Assembly: GCA_020137815.1 (NCBI GenBank)
Contig: CM035360.1
Span: 7,068,001-7,132,000 of the forward strand
Direction: 5' to 3'
DNA from: Hormiphora californensis
Lineage: Eukaryota > Animalia > Ctenophora
DNA length: 64,000 nt
Shown here: in pieces, positions 1-22,166 of the stretch
Layout of the letters: every line of letters starts with the position of its first letter
Numbering within the stretch: the stretch's first letter is position 1
Made by a program: the position numbers and the translations under genes
Notes under the pieces: generated by a model
The model's input: only the letters and a program-made list of their open reading frames with translations
The model's database searches: none
What the model was told of the DNA's origin: nothing

Positions 1-1645
1 GACGATTACCTTTCGTAAGTGTGGTCTCCATTTTTCAATCAGAAGCCGTCTTCAATGTGTAAATTGAGCTCAAAGAAATTTGGTTGATTTGAAAAATGTC
101 TTAACTTTATGACAGTATTTTAGGACGTTCTGGTTGGACCTGGAAGATGAAAAATCGTCCAATAACACAATTCAAACGATTATCTTTCGAATACAACAAA
201 CGAGAAGTGTCTATCTTATGTAGTTTTTTCTGAAAATTGTCTGCAAATTGTGTAAAAAAGCGTCTATGGATGTATGTATGTATATATATATTATACCAAA
301 ACTAATTGAAATTAGTAGGCCGGAAAGGTTGCCCTATGATTTGAGCTATCTTTGCCACCGTAACATTCATGGGGTACAGACAGGGTATGGCAGATGCTTA
401 CTCTATCTTCAAAAGGGAATGTACTGGTGCCAAAGGTAGCTCAAATCATAGGGCAACCTTTCCGGCCTACTAATTTCAATTAGTTTTGGTATAATTTGCA
501 TCATTTTTGGGATTTTTATCCATTTAGATGTAGTATAACAGGTACAGAGAGGATAGAATCGCGAAATTGAGAAAATTTCATTTTTGACGTCATTTTGACG
601 TCATAAAATGACGTCACAACGTTAGGACGTCATATTTACGACGTCATATCATCGGGATTACCTAGATGAAGATACTGACCAAGTATGAGATCGATTGAAT
701 AAGATTTGAGATCGCTATGGCGAAAAAACCCATATCGTCATATCTATTTTTAAACAGTCATAACAATTCAGACGCGTTTTAAGACCCTTATACATGCAGT
801 TTTGAAAATTCGTTGTAAGGTTTCTGAAAGTTTAGACAATTCTCTTTCCATGATATAGTCTTCGTTTTTCGATTAGAATCCGTCTTAAGGGTGTAAATTG
901 AGCTCAAAGAAGTTCGGTCAGAGTCTGAAAAATGACGACTTTAAGACGTTCTGTAGGACGTTCCTGGGGATGATTGAAAACCTCACCCCGCTAATAACAC
1001 AATAATTGAGTAGATCTACAAGCTAGTGAAAACGAAAAGTCTCTATCTCTTTCCGTTTGTTCAGAACCGTGCTCAGAAAAAGCGTCTCTCCTATGCGCGC
1101 GCGTACGCGCGTGTCCGTTACACTGAATCTTCGGCAAATGGGACCAGTCTGTAACTTCCGTCCCAGATGAGATAGAGACTTGAAATTTTAAACTTAAGTA
1201 AAGGACCCCAAGCCGGGTATACATTCCAAATTTCAAGTCAATCCGATGAAAGGGAGCGACGCTATAGCCTTTCGAAATCCGGTTTTTCAGCCAAACACCC
1301 ATAAAACGTATAACTGCGTTTCTGGCAGCGCTTTTGGGGGAGGGGGAAATGGCAACCTTTGCGCTTGCCAGCGCAGTGATAGACACGGACATTTATTGCT
1401 TTTTTCACCATGTCATAACTCTAAAACTAAAAGAGATAGAGACTTGCCCTTTTAAACTACTACAGTAGATCTAGTCTACGTGACACTGTATACCAAATTT
1501 CAGACCGATTGGTGGAGTGGGAGCTTCGCTATGGGCCTCGCAAAATGCCATTTTTGGCTAAAAACTGAAAAAAACTTATTACTGCTTTCTGGCACGCACG
1601 GCTGGGGGGAGGTGGTGGTCACCTTTGCGCTTGCCAGCGCAGTGA
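1..1645. mobile_element. Cluster of non-autonomous DINE-1/Helentron-like repeat copies
   Basis: Homologous (inverted) to 3447-5493. Terminal hairpin motif ACCTTTGCGCTTGCCAGCGCAGTGA at ~1356-1379 and ~1621-1645. Recurrent GAGATAGAGACTTG(AAATTT) motif and an internal simple repeat. No coding capacity. Family assignment is from motif resemblance only. Confidence 0.55.
291..494. repeat. Inverted repeat, ~68-bp arms with ~66-bp spacer
   Basis: TTATACCAAAACTAATTGAAATTAGTAGGCCGGAAAGGTTGCCCTATGATTTGAGCTA at 291 and its reverse complement ending ~494. Confidence 0.9.
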
Positions 1646-2161
1646 TTGTTGGCGACACAAGTGAGAGCTTCTACCTTGAGTAATGAGCTAGGTATACACA
1701 CACAGACACACATTATATTATACCCACATGGGATATATAGTGTAACGGGTATGTAACTGTGTAACACCTGATTAAAGTAGAGACAGATAGAGAATGAGCA
1801 GTGAGTGGTAACTATTTTGTATTCACTTATCCACATAAACACATGATGATGAATTACTGAAATAGATGCATAGTTCTTTAGGTAGATTTTAAACTTTCAT
1901 CAACTACAACGTAAAACTATTTATTGAGATTTGAGGATGCTTATTGTATTGGGGCAAATGAGCCATTCAAATTAATTCTTCTGTGGTGGCAATGCCACAG
2001 CCCCGTAAGCCCATGATAAGCCACCACCGTGTTTTCCTGCTTAGTATATCATGCAGGTATAATTCATGCATAACAACAGTTACACTGTGTGTGTGGTTTT
2101 AAGTACAATGATCTGCTTGCACAAAAAGGGCCCCAGAATTTTCCATCCGTTTTGCGTTCGA

Positions 2162-2730
2162 GGAGAGAGAAGAAGGAACTGGGGAGAGAAAGAGATAATA
2201 TAAAAGAAAAGAGAGAAGAGAGAGAGAAGAGGAGAGGAGAGAAGAGAGAGAGAGGAGAGAGAAAAGAGGAGAGAGGAGGAAGAGAGGAGAGAGAAAAGAG
2301 AGAGAGAACAACGAGAGAAGAGAGAGAGAGAGAGATAGAGAAGAGAAGAAGAAGAGAGAAAGGGGAGAGAAAAGAGAAGAAGATAGAGAGAGGAGAGAGA
2401 GAAGAGAGAGAGGGAGAAGAGAGAGAGGGGAGAGAAGAGCGGAGAGAGAGAGAGAAGAAAAAGAGAGAGAGGGGGAGAAGGGGAAGAGAGAGAGAGAGAG
2501 AGAGCGAGAGAGGAAGGAGAAGAGAGAGAGAGAAAGAGAGAGGCGAGAAGAGAGAGAGAGAGAGGGGGAGAGAGAGGAGAGAGGAAGAGAGAGAGAGAAG
2601 AGCGAGAGAAAAAGAGAGAGAAGAGAGAGGAGAGAAAGAACGAGAAGAGGAGAGAGAGAGAGAGAGAAAGAAGGAGAGAGGAGAGGAGGGGAGAGAAAGG
2701 GAGAGAGGAGGAGAGAGAGGGGAAGAGAGA
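2162..2730. repeat. Degenerate (AG)n microsatellite
   Basis: Nearly pure purine tract. The overlapping R/E-rich ORF is an artefact. Confidence 0.95.
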
Positions 2731-3234
2731 AGTATCGCGAGAGGTTATAAACTTAGGTCCAGAAAATTATAAATTGAGACTCCCCTCAGCCGTCTATTTA
2801 TGCTCTTTTCTCTCTCTCTCTCTCTCTCTTCTCTCTTTATCTTTCTCCCCTTATTCTTTCTCGCGGATGAAATTGAGGATAACCTGTGATAGAGAGAGCG
2901 TCTCACATGTTAGTGTGAATTTATAGAAAAAATGAAGAAAAAGAGTACTGTATCTAATTATTGTGAGATAACTCTCTCTCTCTCTCCCTCCCGATCTCCC
3001 TCTCTATTTCCCTCTACTAATCGACAGTTATTTTAATATTTTTCCACTGTACTGAAATATATTTCTCACGCTAGATGACCACATCTACCCACATAGATAT
3101 TACATAAAACCTAACTGTAGCCTATTCCTTTAAATGTTAACCAAATACCACACACATACATACAATTGTACAAAAACGTGGCGTGTTTTCCGGGTGTCTC
3201 TGTTTATAATACTGCTCGATAGAAAGAGAGAGAG

Positions 3235-3273
<39 letters not shown>

Positions 3274-3357
3274 TAGTGAAACTAAATACAGTTAGAGTGT
3301 AACACACTATACAGCAAAATGTACATTATATATGCTTACTAACTAAACACTTTTCAG

Positions 3358-13645
<10,288 letters not shown>

Positions 13646-13650
13646 AGAGA

Positions 13651-13694
<44 letters not shown>

Positions 13695-14233
13695 GAGAGG
13701 GAGAGGGAGAGGGAGAGACACTTGAATCTCTCGAAAAGGATATTGCCGAGCTACTTTAATATGGCTATCTTACCGATATATATATATTAAAATGATATAA
13801 ACTGTTATGCAGGTTTATTTTGTTTAGTGTTACGTAATGTATTATTATGTATCCCATTACTCGAATAAGTTTACTACTAGTATGATTAAACTCAACCATT
13901 CCTATTAGTATTTGTTGTTGATAGTATTATAGAAACGACATTGATAGTGATAAAAATATAGATTAGATTTTCGCATATATAAAGTGTTTTACCCAAAAAA
14001 GATAACGATTGTGATACGGTTGGAATTTGGATATTTGCTAGTGAAAATGATGATCTTTAGGACGTGTTTATTCATATTGTGTGCCCATTATATTTTTTGT
14101 TCAAAACTTTAACGTTTGGTTGGTATATAATGTGTTTAGAATTTGTCACAATAATTATTGGTTTAAACCAGGTGGGGTCGCGGCTGGTCGATTCCAAAAA
14201 GGCTTGGTCAAAAGTTACTATAAAATGCTGTCA

Positions 14234-14458
14234 CAGTGGTCATCCGACATAATTGCCATACCTCGACGTGAAATTCGACCTGAATCTCGACCTGGAATGA
14301 GGCGCGCATTCGTAGTGAGCGAGACACAAAGACTAACGAGAGAGAAGAGTTGAAGCGCGACACCATTTGCTTACTGCGGCACATCTCTCTGATGCGCGCC
14401 TCATTCCAGGTCGAGATTCAGGTCGAATTTCACGTCGGGATATGTCGGATGACCACTG
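14234..14458. mobile_element. 225-bp palindromic MITE (copy 1)
   Basis: TIR CAGTGGTCATCCGACATA...TATGTCGGATGACCACTG; near-identical copy at 18772-18996. Confidence 0.9.
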
Positions 14459-14844
14459 TGAGAGCCCTTTACTTGACAGCCATAACACCGTATTCATATT
14501 GCCCCCTCCATCCTGTCTGGCGGCGCCAGACCCCGATTTGATTCTGTACGCTCAGAGATGGGGTCTGCGGCGCCAAACAGCCTCCGTCTTGGTGGCATAG
14601 ACAGTGGCACAGGTCCTGTGCGAGATCACTGATAATGAGATCTTGCACGAAGTGAAATATAACTGGCATTGGTACCCACTGTCCAGGAAATGTATTTTGA
14701 GCCGGTTTACAAATAACTATGAGGTCACCACTACTGATCGATAATACAGATATTAGTGGAGCCTTTTTCACATTCTTTACCAGTGTCACAAGCTGCATCA
14801 CTTTGCAGTTGCACAGTTGATTGTGTATTCCCTGTCACCAGTAG

Positions 14845-16330
14845 TCTAGTTGGAACGTACGAGAGCCGCTCAAGATGAGTCGTTCTAAAAGTAAAAGAAT
14901 ATTGGACCAGCTATTAGACCACAAGGATACAATGCAAGCGCCAAGCGGAGTTGAAAACTACTACCCCAGTCATCTGAGCTTACTACACGAATCAGACGAA
15001 GTCTAACTGGTGGGTAACAAACTCTACAAGATACATTTACCAGAGGATACCAGCAGTCAATGTCACATTCACTAGGGCGAGAGATAATAGGGAAACATCA
15101 ACTGACAACATCTCTATTGTTACAGGAGATGACAGCTATTAGACTATTGGTATTCTGGGCAGTCAACACCATCCTGACTGCCGCAGATGAGTCGGCACAA
15201 TTTGAACTACAGACAGAGCCGATCATTCTGCAAGACATGGGTGTGGTACTTAAACCACAGGGGTACATCGCGAGCGGAGTCGAGAGCATCTTCGCATCGA
15301 TTTTCCTGTCAGTGCCACTACCCAACCCATACGGATACTCATGCACGGACAAAAAGGATTTGAACCTACAAGACTGCAGACCAAACAGACAGTGGGTACA
15401 ATCAGTAATGGAGAAGTACCCCACACAGGTGGCACATGCAGATCTGGAAACGGACCTAACTAATGAACCAATCGAGCACTGCCTGGACCTGTGTATGAGA
15501 ACAGGATGCACATTAGTCATGATTGAACCACATCCCAGTAAGGGATGTTACACAAGTGACCAACTCAGGGCAATTGTTTTCGGAGACACAAACCTACAAG
15601 ATTCATGGAAACAAATACCCGGGATGCCGCGGAGCTTGACAATCGACATGCAAGCACTACACGCAGTATGTGAAGACTACATGAGGCCCCCAGAAACAAC
15701 ACTGGGAAGATTCTTCAGAAGACAACTGGAAAACGAAATGGAAGAACTGTGGGATAAATCCTACAAAAACTACAAAGATCTAGTAGCAGCATACCAACTA
15801 ACAACTCCAACGGTTAACGGAACTACCCAAGAATAGGAAGAAGAGGGGCATTGGAATGATAGCAGCTATCATTGGAATACCCGCTTTACTAGGCCTTGGA
15901 GCGACAAACTCACTGAAAGTGTGCAGCAAACCCAGTGACGACAAATCAACGAAGGAACACGACCCGGTGCATTGTCTCAACAAAGAACACCCCTGCGAAT
16001 AGAAGTCAAGATCATCGAGTGCAGGAATAGGGCAAGTTTCACAAAATCTGGCGCACTGGTTATCTCTGGACAATCGGTTGGAGTGATGCCTGTAACAAGC
16101 TCAATAACCTCGCTTGGCTACGTGGAAACAGGGCACAAAGGGACGACGTTTTTAGGCCTTTAGATGGCTTGATTACAAACTCATCCTAGTCGGACCTTGG
16201 TGACATTGACAATGGGGAAGGTGCGTCATTCTGCGATTGTAATTGGGGTTATTATCTGGTGGAAGTACTCGGAGTACTACTCCGCCAGACCCGCTCTTGC
16301 GGTGAGGACCGGTGCTTATGGTGTATGGAT
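14845..16330 (+). pseudogene. Decayed env-like class I fusion glycoprotein gene (ATG 15129) preceded by a possible pol remnant; likely an env-bearing LTR retroelement or endogenous virus relic
   Basis: Signal peptide MTAIRLLVFWAVNTILTAA; GVVLKPQGYI..IFLSVPLP; PAN-like HCLDLCMRTGCTLV..GCY. After a frameshift, KNRKKR|GIGMIAAIIGIPALLGLGA (furin site 15835-15846 plus hydrophobic fusion peptide). Later a Cys-containing fragment and TM-like AIVIGVIIWWK. Upstream stop-interrupted frame RILDQLLDHK...LVGNKLYKI resembles a pol linker (weak). Confidence 0.7.
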
Positions 16331-18310
16331 ATTTAGGCCCTGCAGAACTTCCTGGCCTCTCTCTTTTCAATATTTTTATTTTACGTTTTTATATACCCTG
16401 CTAACTTAAATAATGCGCCAGTGGCGAGAAGTCCCACTAGCGCGCTCTCGATAAACAGCCAGTCCAGCGGCAGATTATTTCCCACTGGCAGGTTATTTAT
16501 TTTTAACTCCTATGTTACATTCAAAGTGTGTGTAAATTATCAGTTCTTACTGAAATACAGAGGGAACACTGTTTGGAAGAGTTACACACTAAATTGGAGA
16601 GAAAGAAACAACACATTCCGTCAATTACTCTCTCTCTTTATCTTCCCTTTTGTTTCACTATCTCAATTCCTCTGTGTTATGTCTGGCATGCCCCATATCT
16701 TGTTATTTCTTTCTCTCTCTCCTTAGTAACTGTTACCAAACAATGTACACTCAATTGAGAGATGTTTTTGACTGTTTCTCAGTTCTCTTTGTGTGTTTTG
16801 ATTAGTGTTCTCTCTCATGTTAGTGTGTAATACTTGTAACAAACAACTAAAGCAGGGTATATAACCCATAAACTCTTGCCATAGACGCGTTATAGGTTTA
16901 AACCCCTCCGCCTCTCCCTCGGCTACGCCTCGGGATCGTCGTCGTGATTTAAACCAGTTTATCCGCCAGTGGCGGATAAACTACAGCTACCTTCTCCCAG
17001 CGGCGCGCTGGGAGAAAGGTATCTGAAATAACGCGCCACTGGCAAGAGTTTATGCCTCATATAAAATCCGACTATTGTTTTAATTAGTCACGTAATCCGC
17101 GAGATAGGACAGTATTTCCAACTCTCTCCTGGCTCTTGGACTTGAAGTTGAATTTGCTGTTCGCTATCTTTAACGGTGGTACAGGTACTGCGTAGCTTGC
17201 CTTGTTCGACAAAATAAAAAGGTTTGAACAAAACAAGAGTTTAACCTGTCAATTTTGATCATCAAAATTGACAGGTTAAACTCCTACTGCTAGGCTACGC
17301 CATTTTATTAAAACTCTGATATACGGGTACCAAAGAAATATTAAAAACTACAAATAAATCAAGCAACAGTCACCACAAGCAAAATACGCCACCTGCTTTC
17401 ATTAAAAAGGGCTTGACAAAACAACCAAGTACCAACCCAAACGGTTGACATGTTCCTTGTCTGTCAGCTCTCACACCGGGCCGAAGGCCCGGTGCGAGCT
17501 TACGCGAGCCCGAAGGGCGAGCGTAAGCGAGGCGCTCAAGTGGCGCTCAAGTGCCGATAGACAGACTGCGTAGCATGGCAACCAAACGGATACAACATTT
17601 TCAGAAATGACAATTTTCCCACACTTTGAAGATCTTGCAGGGATGCTATGCTATTGCGCAAGGTTTCCACACAAAACTGACCCCGCGCGTTACGTTATTG
17701 TTACAATTACAAGCATTGAAAAAGTGCAACAGACAATAATTCTGTCCCAATTTACAACCAATTGTTACCAAATACCAGTTAACTGTGAAGTAATTGGTAA
17801 TCAAAAACGCAAAAACAGTCTTTTCTCTCCAACTCTTTACTTCAAATGTTCACTAGACCATTGCAATAACTTCAATAACGGTTGAAGATGGAAAATACCA
17901 GGCTGCGTACTCAGAGGACACTGTACTGATTGTTATGCCCTACGCGGAGAAAGAGAAGGTCGAACAAGGGTCCAGGGATAACACTGAATCTTTCCGCTGT
18001 CCAAACTCTGAGGAGAACACAAATTATTAAGTGTCGAGTGAGATGTTTGTCTAGTCGAGTAGTTCTTGGAACTATTTGGTCTTTAATTCTAATAAAATAT
18101 GGGGGGGGGGGGGGGGATATTTTTGCAGAAACAGGGTCGAGCAAGTAAAATAAAATACTAACCGATTTGAATATGTGTCAAGACGACCGATCAATTTGAT
18201 CCTTGTGTACTGCAGTGCCAATAGCTATCTAACCCGGATCTGGAAGAAAACGGGGGTTATTTGCTTTGAAACTGATGCTAATACTATGCACTGCATATTT
18301 TGTTACAGAT

Positions 18311-18357
<47 letters not shown>

Positions 18358-18771
18358 GAGCCCGTTGAATCCCTTGCAGGAATCTTATTCAATTAATCTT
18401 TATGCTAACATGATTCTATTGGCTTCATAAATATTATCCGTAATAATTCTTTCCCAGTCATATTGTCTCCACACTGTAATAATTTTACTTTCAGACATAT
18501 TATTATTTCTTCTAAATCTCTTCTCCAAGTTCTTCTCTGTGATTTGATTTGATTGAAGAACTATGCTGTGTCGACATTTATCATTGAATTTCATTTTAGT
18601 CTCAGACCATGTTTGTTTTATTTGCCTTCCTTCTCCTCCTACCTGGGAGCTACACATCTCGAAAACCGGGTGACTGTGATAAAATTGCAGTGTGTAGAAA
18701 TGCAGTAAATTGTGCTGAACCGGTTGATCTTAATAAAGGTGTTGTCATACCGTGAGTATTACAATTAGTAA

Positions 18772-18996
18772 CAGTGGTCATCCAACATAATTGCCATACC
18801 TCGACGTGAAATTCGACGAGAATCTCGACCTGGAATGAGGCGCGCATTCGTAGTGAGAGAGACACAAAGACTAGCGAGAGAAAAGAGTTGAAGCGCGACA
18901 TCATTTTCTTACTGCGGCACATCTCTCTGATGCGCGGCTCATTCCAGGTCGAAATCTAGGTCGAATTTCACGTCGGAATATGTCGGAGGACCACTG
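18772..18996. mobile_element. 225-bp palindromic MITE (copy 2)
   Basis: Same family as 14234-14458; flanked by TAA on both sides. Confidence 0.9.
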
Positions 18997-19096
18997 TAAC
19001 AGAGACATGGAGACAGTTGTCAGTTCCCAAATAAAGGAAATAGACTCTACAATGTTCTAATGTCTTCCAGCGAGATACCCAGTTACACACATACAG

Positions 19097-19917
19097 TAGG
19101 GTGTGACAAACGCCCCGACCTTCTTCGATTGCTCCAAATAATTTTTTGGGTGTGAGGTTTGACTTGAAATGAAATAATATGAAGTTTGAAGTCAACCGGA
19201 TGTAATTAAGGGGTCGCCGATAATTAATTATGATTTTACCTGTTGCGCGAGTGGAATTCGCCGTTTAAGTGACTTTCGGGAAGTTTTGGCGTTCCTCTCG
19301 AACACCATCTGATCCGGAATGGCCATGTTTATATACGACTTATGAAGCAACATATGGTCTAAAATGCTCAGTTTTGGAGCTAGGAGCGATTTTCTGTTTG
19401 ATAACTTAGTCACGTGACATGTAGCTTACTGGGCATAAAATCGCCCGTAGCGCCAAAACTAAGCATTTTAGGCCATATGTTGCTTCATAAGTCGTATATA
19501 AACATGGCCATTCCGGAGCGGATCCTTTTGTCAAAAATCAATTTGGGCAACCCGATTAGCCACAATCAGCATCTTGGCCCACACACGTGACGTCATAATT
19601 GAAATTCACTTATTCGCCCATAACTCCAAAACTAAGCATTTTAGACCATATGTTGCTTCATAAGTTGTATATAAACATGGCTATTCCGGATCGGATAGTG
19701 TTCGAGAGGAACGCCAAAACTTCCCGGAAGTCACTTAAACGGTGAATTTCACTTGCGCAACAGGTAAAATCATAATTAATTATCGGCGACCCCTTAACTA
19801 CAACCGATTGACTTCAAACTTCATATTATTTCATTTCAAGTAGAACCTCACACACAAAAAAATATTTGGAGTGATTGGATGAATTTGAAAAAATGATGGG
19901 GCGTTTGTCACACCCTA
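19097..19917. mobile_element. hAT-type MITE with long TIRs and an 8-bp TSD
   Basis: TAGGGTGTGACAAACGCCCC...GGGGCGTTTGTCACACCCTA, extended inverted arms, perfect TSD ACATACAG on both sides. Confidence 0.92.
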
Positions 19918-20797
19918 ACATACAGGATACATTTACAGGTTCCGTTGGAGTCGTACTGCCAGTGAAATGAAATTAGGACACGTGGTATTATTGAACTCCG
20001 ACTCCTTTCCTCTTTATCACATTGATCTAACAATCAGCTCTAACAACACAGTAATTACAGCATGAGCATTACAATAACAACCTGAGCATGTTTCAAACAC
20101 TACCTACCATGATACCGTGTTATGTTCTAACCCTCCGTTAGAGAGAGGGTCGCACAAGGCAAACCATACTCTTGACATATTTGCATGTTTCAAACATTAT
20201 ATATGTCTCTACAGAGTTTTTTCGAGCTGGTAGTGACTAAAAGTGGTACCAATTTAAAAACTTATCTGATTCCAACCCCCCTTTCTTTATCAGGTAAGGG
20301 CCACTATTTTCAATGACTGTCCCAGTGTTGGCCTATCTTCTACACTACCCGATACCTGGCATTCTCCCACCCTCGGTGCAGGACTAGGTGAGAGGATTCT
20401 CCCAACTTTTGACATCTTGGGAGATACACTCAGCTACGCAGGGGCTGCCCTGGGACGGCTAACGGGGTGTGATGGATTTGAGGTTAGATTCATGGCCCTT
20501 CAGGATAGGACTCCCGCCCGAACATTGAAGAAACTGAGGTGTAACAGGCCCCCGGGCATTTAGTATTGCTCGACCATCCCTCAATGTACCCTGCGGTGGG
20601 TTTGAACAAGACGTGTTCTGACAATTTATTAAAGTAATTATCGCATGTTCGTAGTTTTTTAATAAGGTACTGTATTTTAAAGAAAATCACAATTCACAGC
20701 GTAAAAAGAAGTTTCAAATTTCAATGTTCAGAAAGAGTCATGCTTTACAATTCCATGCCCCGAGGGTCCCAGGATATGATTCCATTTCCAGATGATC

Positions 20798-21300
20798 TCA
20801 GAATCTGCAGTACCAAGGTTTGACGCTGATACTAGATCCACTACAGCTACATCTCCAAGAGGATCCAGAGGAACATCTGTAGTTGGACCATACGAAACAA
20901 CTTCCATAGCTCTTCCCCTCACATTTACACCTGATTGGGGTGGGCATTATAATTTCACTTCGAGCTTTACTTCTTCGAAACTGTCTTAGAAAAGTAATGT
21001 CTAATTACCGCTCAGTGCAAGAGAGGAACCATCCGTTATGAGATATTCCGGAGTTCGTCTGGCATTTCCATCTGTCGTTACGTGCCAGGCAACCTTTATA
21101 ATTAAGATGCTTTAGCAAGTGTATACATAATTAATGGGGTTAATTGCATAAATGTTGCCGCTCCTCGTTGCATGAGGAAACTGCTAATACGATGAATAAC
21201 ATAAAGGGACAAGTTACCAACCTGTTGTCTCCACAGACTGGAACGCCTCCGTTTCTATGGCAACGGTGGTGAGAATTACAAAGAACAAAACACCAAACAT
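20798..21300 (-). CDS. Macin-family (hydramacin/theromacin/mytimacin-like) 10-Cys secreted antimicrobial peptide, 98 aa; exons 21300-21222, 21093-21009, 20930-20798
   Basis: Three GT-AG exons splice in phase: MFGVLFFVILTTVAIETEAFQSVETTG CLARNDRWKCQTNSGISHNGWFLSCTERCKCEGKSYGSCFVWSNYRCSSGSSWRCSCSGSSISVKPWYCRF*. Signal peptide plus Cys spacing C8C14C3C1C7C7C7C1C11C. Confidence 0.85.
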
Positions 21301-22166
21301 TATAAAATGATGAATTGTGCGAATTATTCGTTCATATAGCCCCGCGTATGATCTAATATTTCACAAACTCTTTTGTTTAGTTTGGGCCCAGCCATTTGTT
21401 TATTTAGTGGCCATTCCGTCACTAGAAGCTTGGAACCCTCCCTCTTCGTATCACTTGAGTGTGACGTCACGCCTCCCTAAACGGTGGATCATTAACATTA
21501 TACAAGGTTCTTTTCAATTTCATTCCCTTCGTTTGTCACGCCTAGTTTTCCTAGGTGTCACAGTTCCCCTTAAAATGGACGCTTGTTCCCACTAAACCAC
21601 CTCTAAATACTTTCCCCCAAGACAGACCTCCCATTTATAATCTAAAGTCCACTGTTGATTTGATTCGTTCTACAGTATTTGATCGCCTCATTTTGTCTTC
21701 AATTTGCTAATTTCACGTACAAGCCTGGAGCATGATAGATCATACCTACACACGCTCTCAATACATCATCAGGAGACAGTTATAGACGTACCCAGATGAG
21801 ATAACTTCGACCACCTTTAACGCTCCCTATAGTTCTCTATGATGTGTAATTGTATCTTCGACCACCCTAGTTCTCTATGATTACATGTGAGCTAATCGCA
21901 GCTCTAAACAAGGTATGAAGCTAAAAGACACCGCTCCTAGGGTGAACGTGGAAGCTGAGGGTACGGTATAACGTCATGTCCCTTAATTGGCTTGCAGCTT
22001 ACCAGGCTAGAAGAGAGTTAATAGCACTACCAATTAACTGTTAATTGTTGTTCAGTTTGTTTGGCTTGTTCTTGTTTTGTTTTGGGTCCGAGGGATGTGG
22101 ATTGTGAGAGCTGATATAAGACTGATCTCAGATCTATAACTATTATTTTATCTAGCAATTAGTAGC

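Noticed and set aside
2089-2772. 227-aa R/E-rich ORF, and similar ORFs at 11255-11770, 27391-27684, 35342-35569 and 48368-48914
   Set aside because: Translations of (AG)n/(CT)n microsatellites.
20728-20989. ORF-track ORFs 20728-20922 (-) and 20792-20989 (+)
   Set aside because: Wrong frame or strand; the real coding frame is macin-like exon 3.
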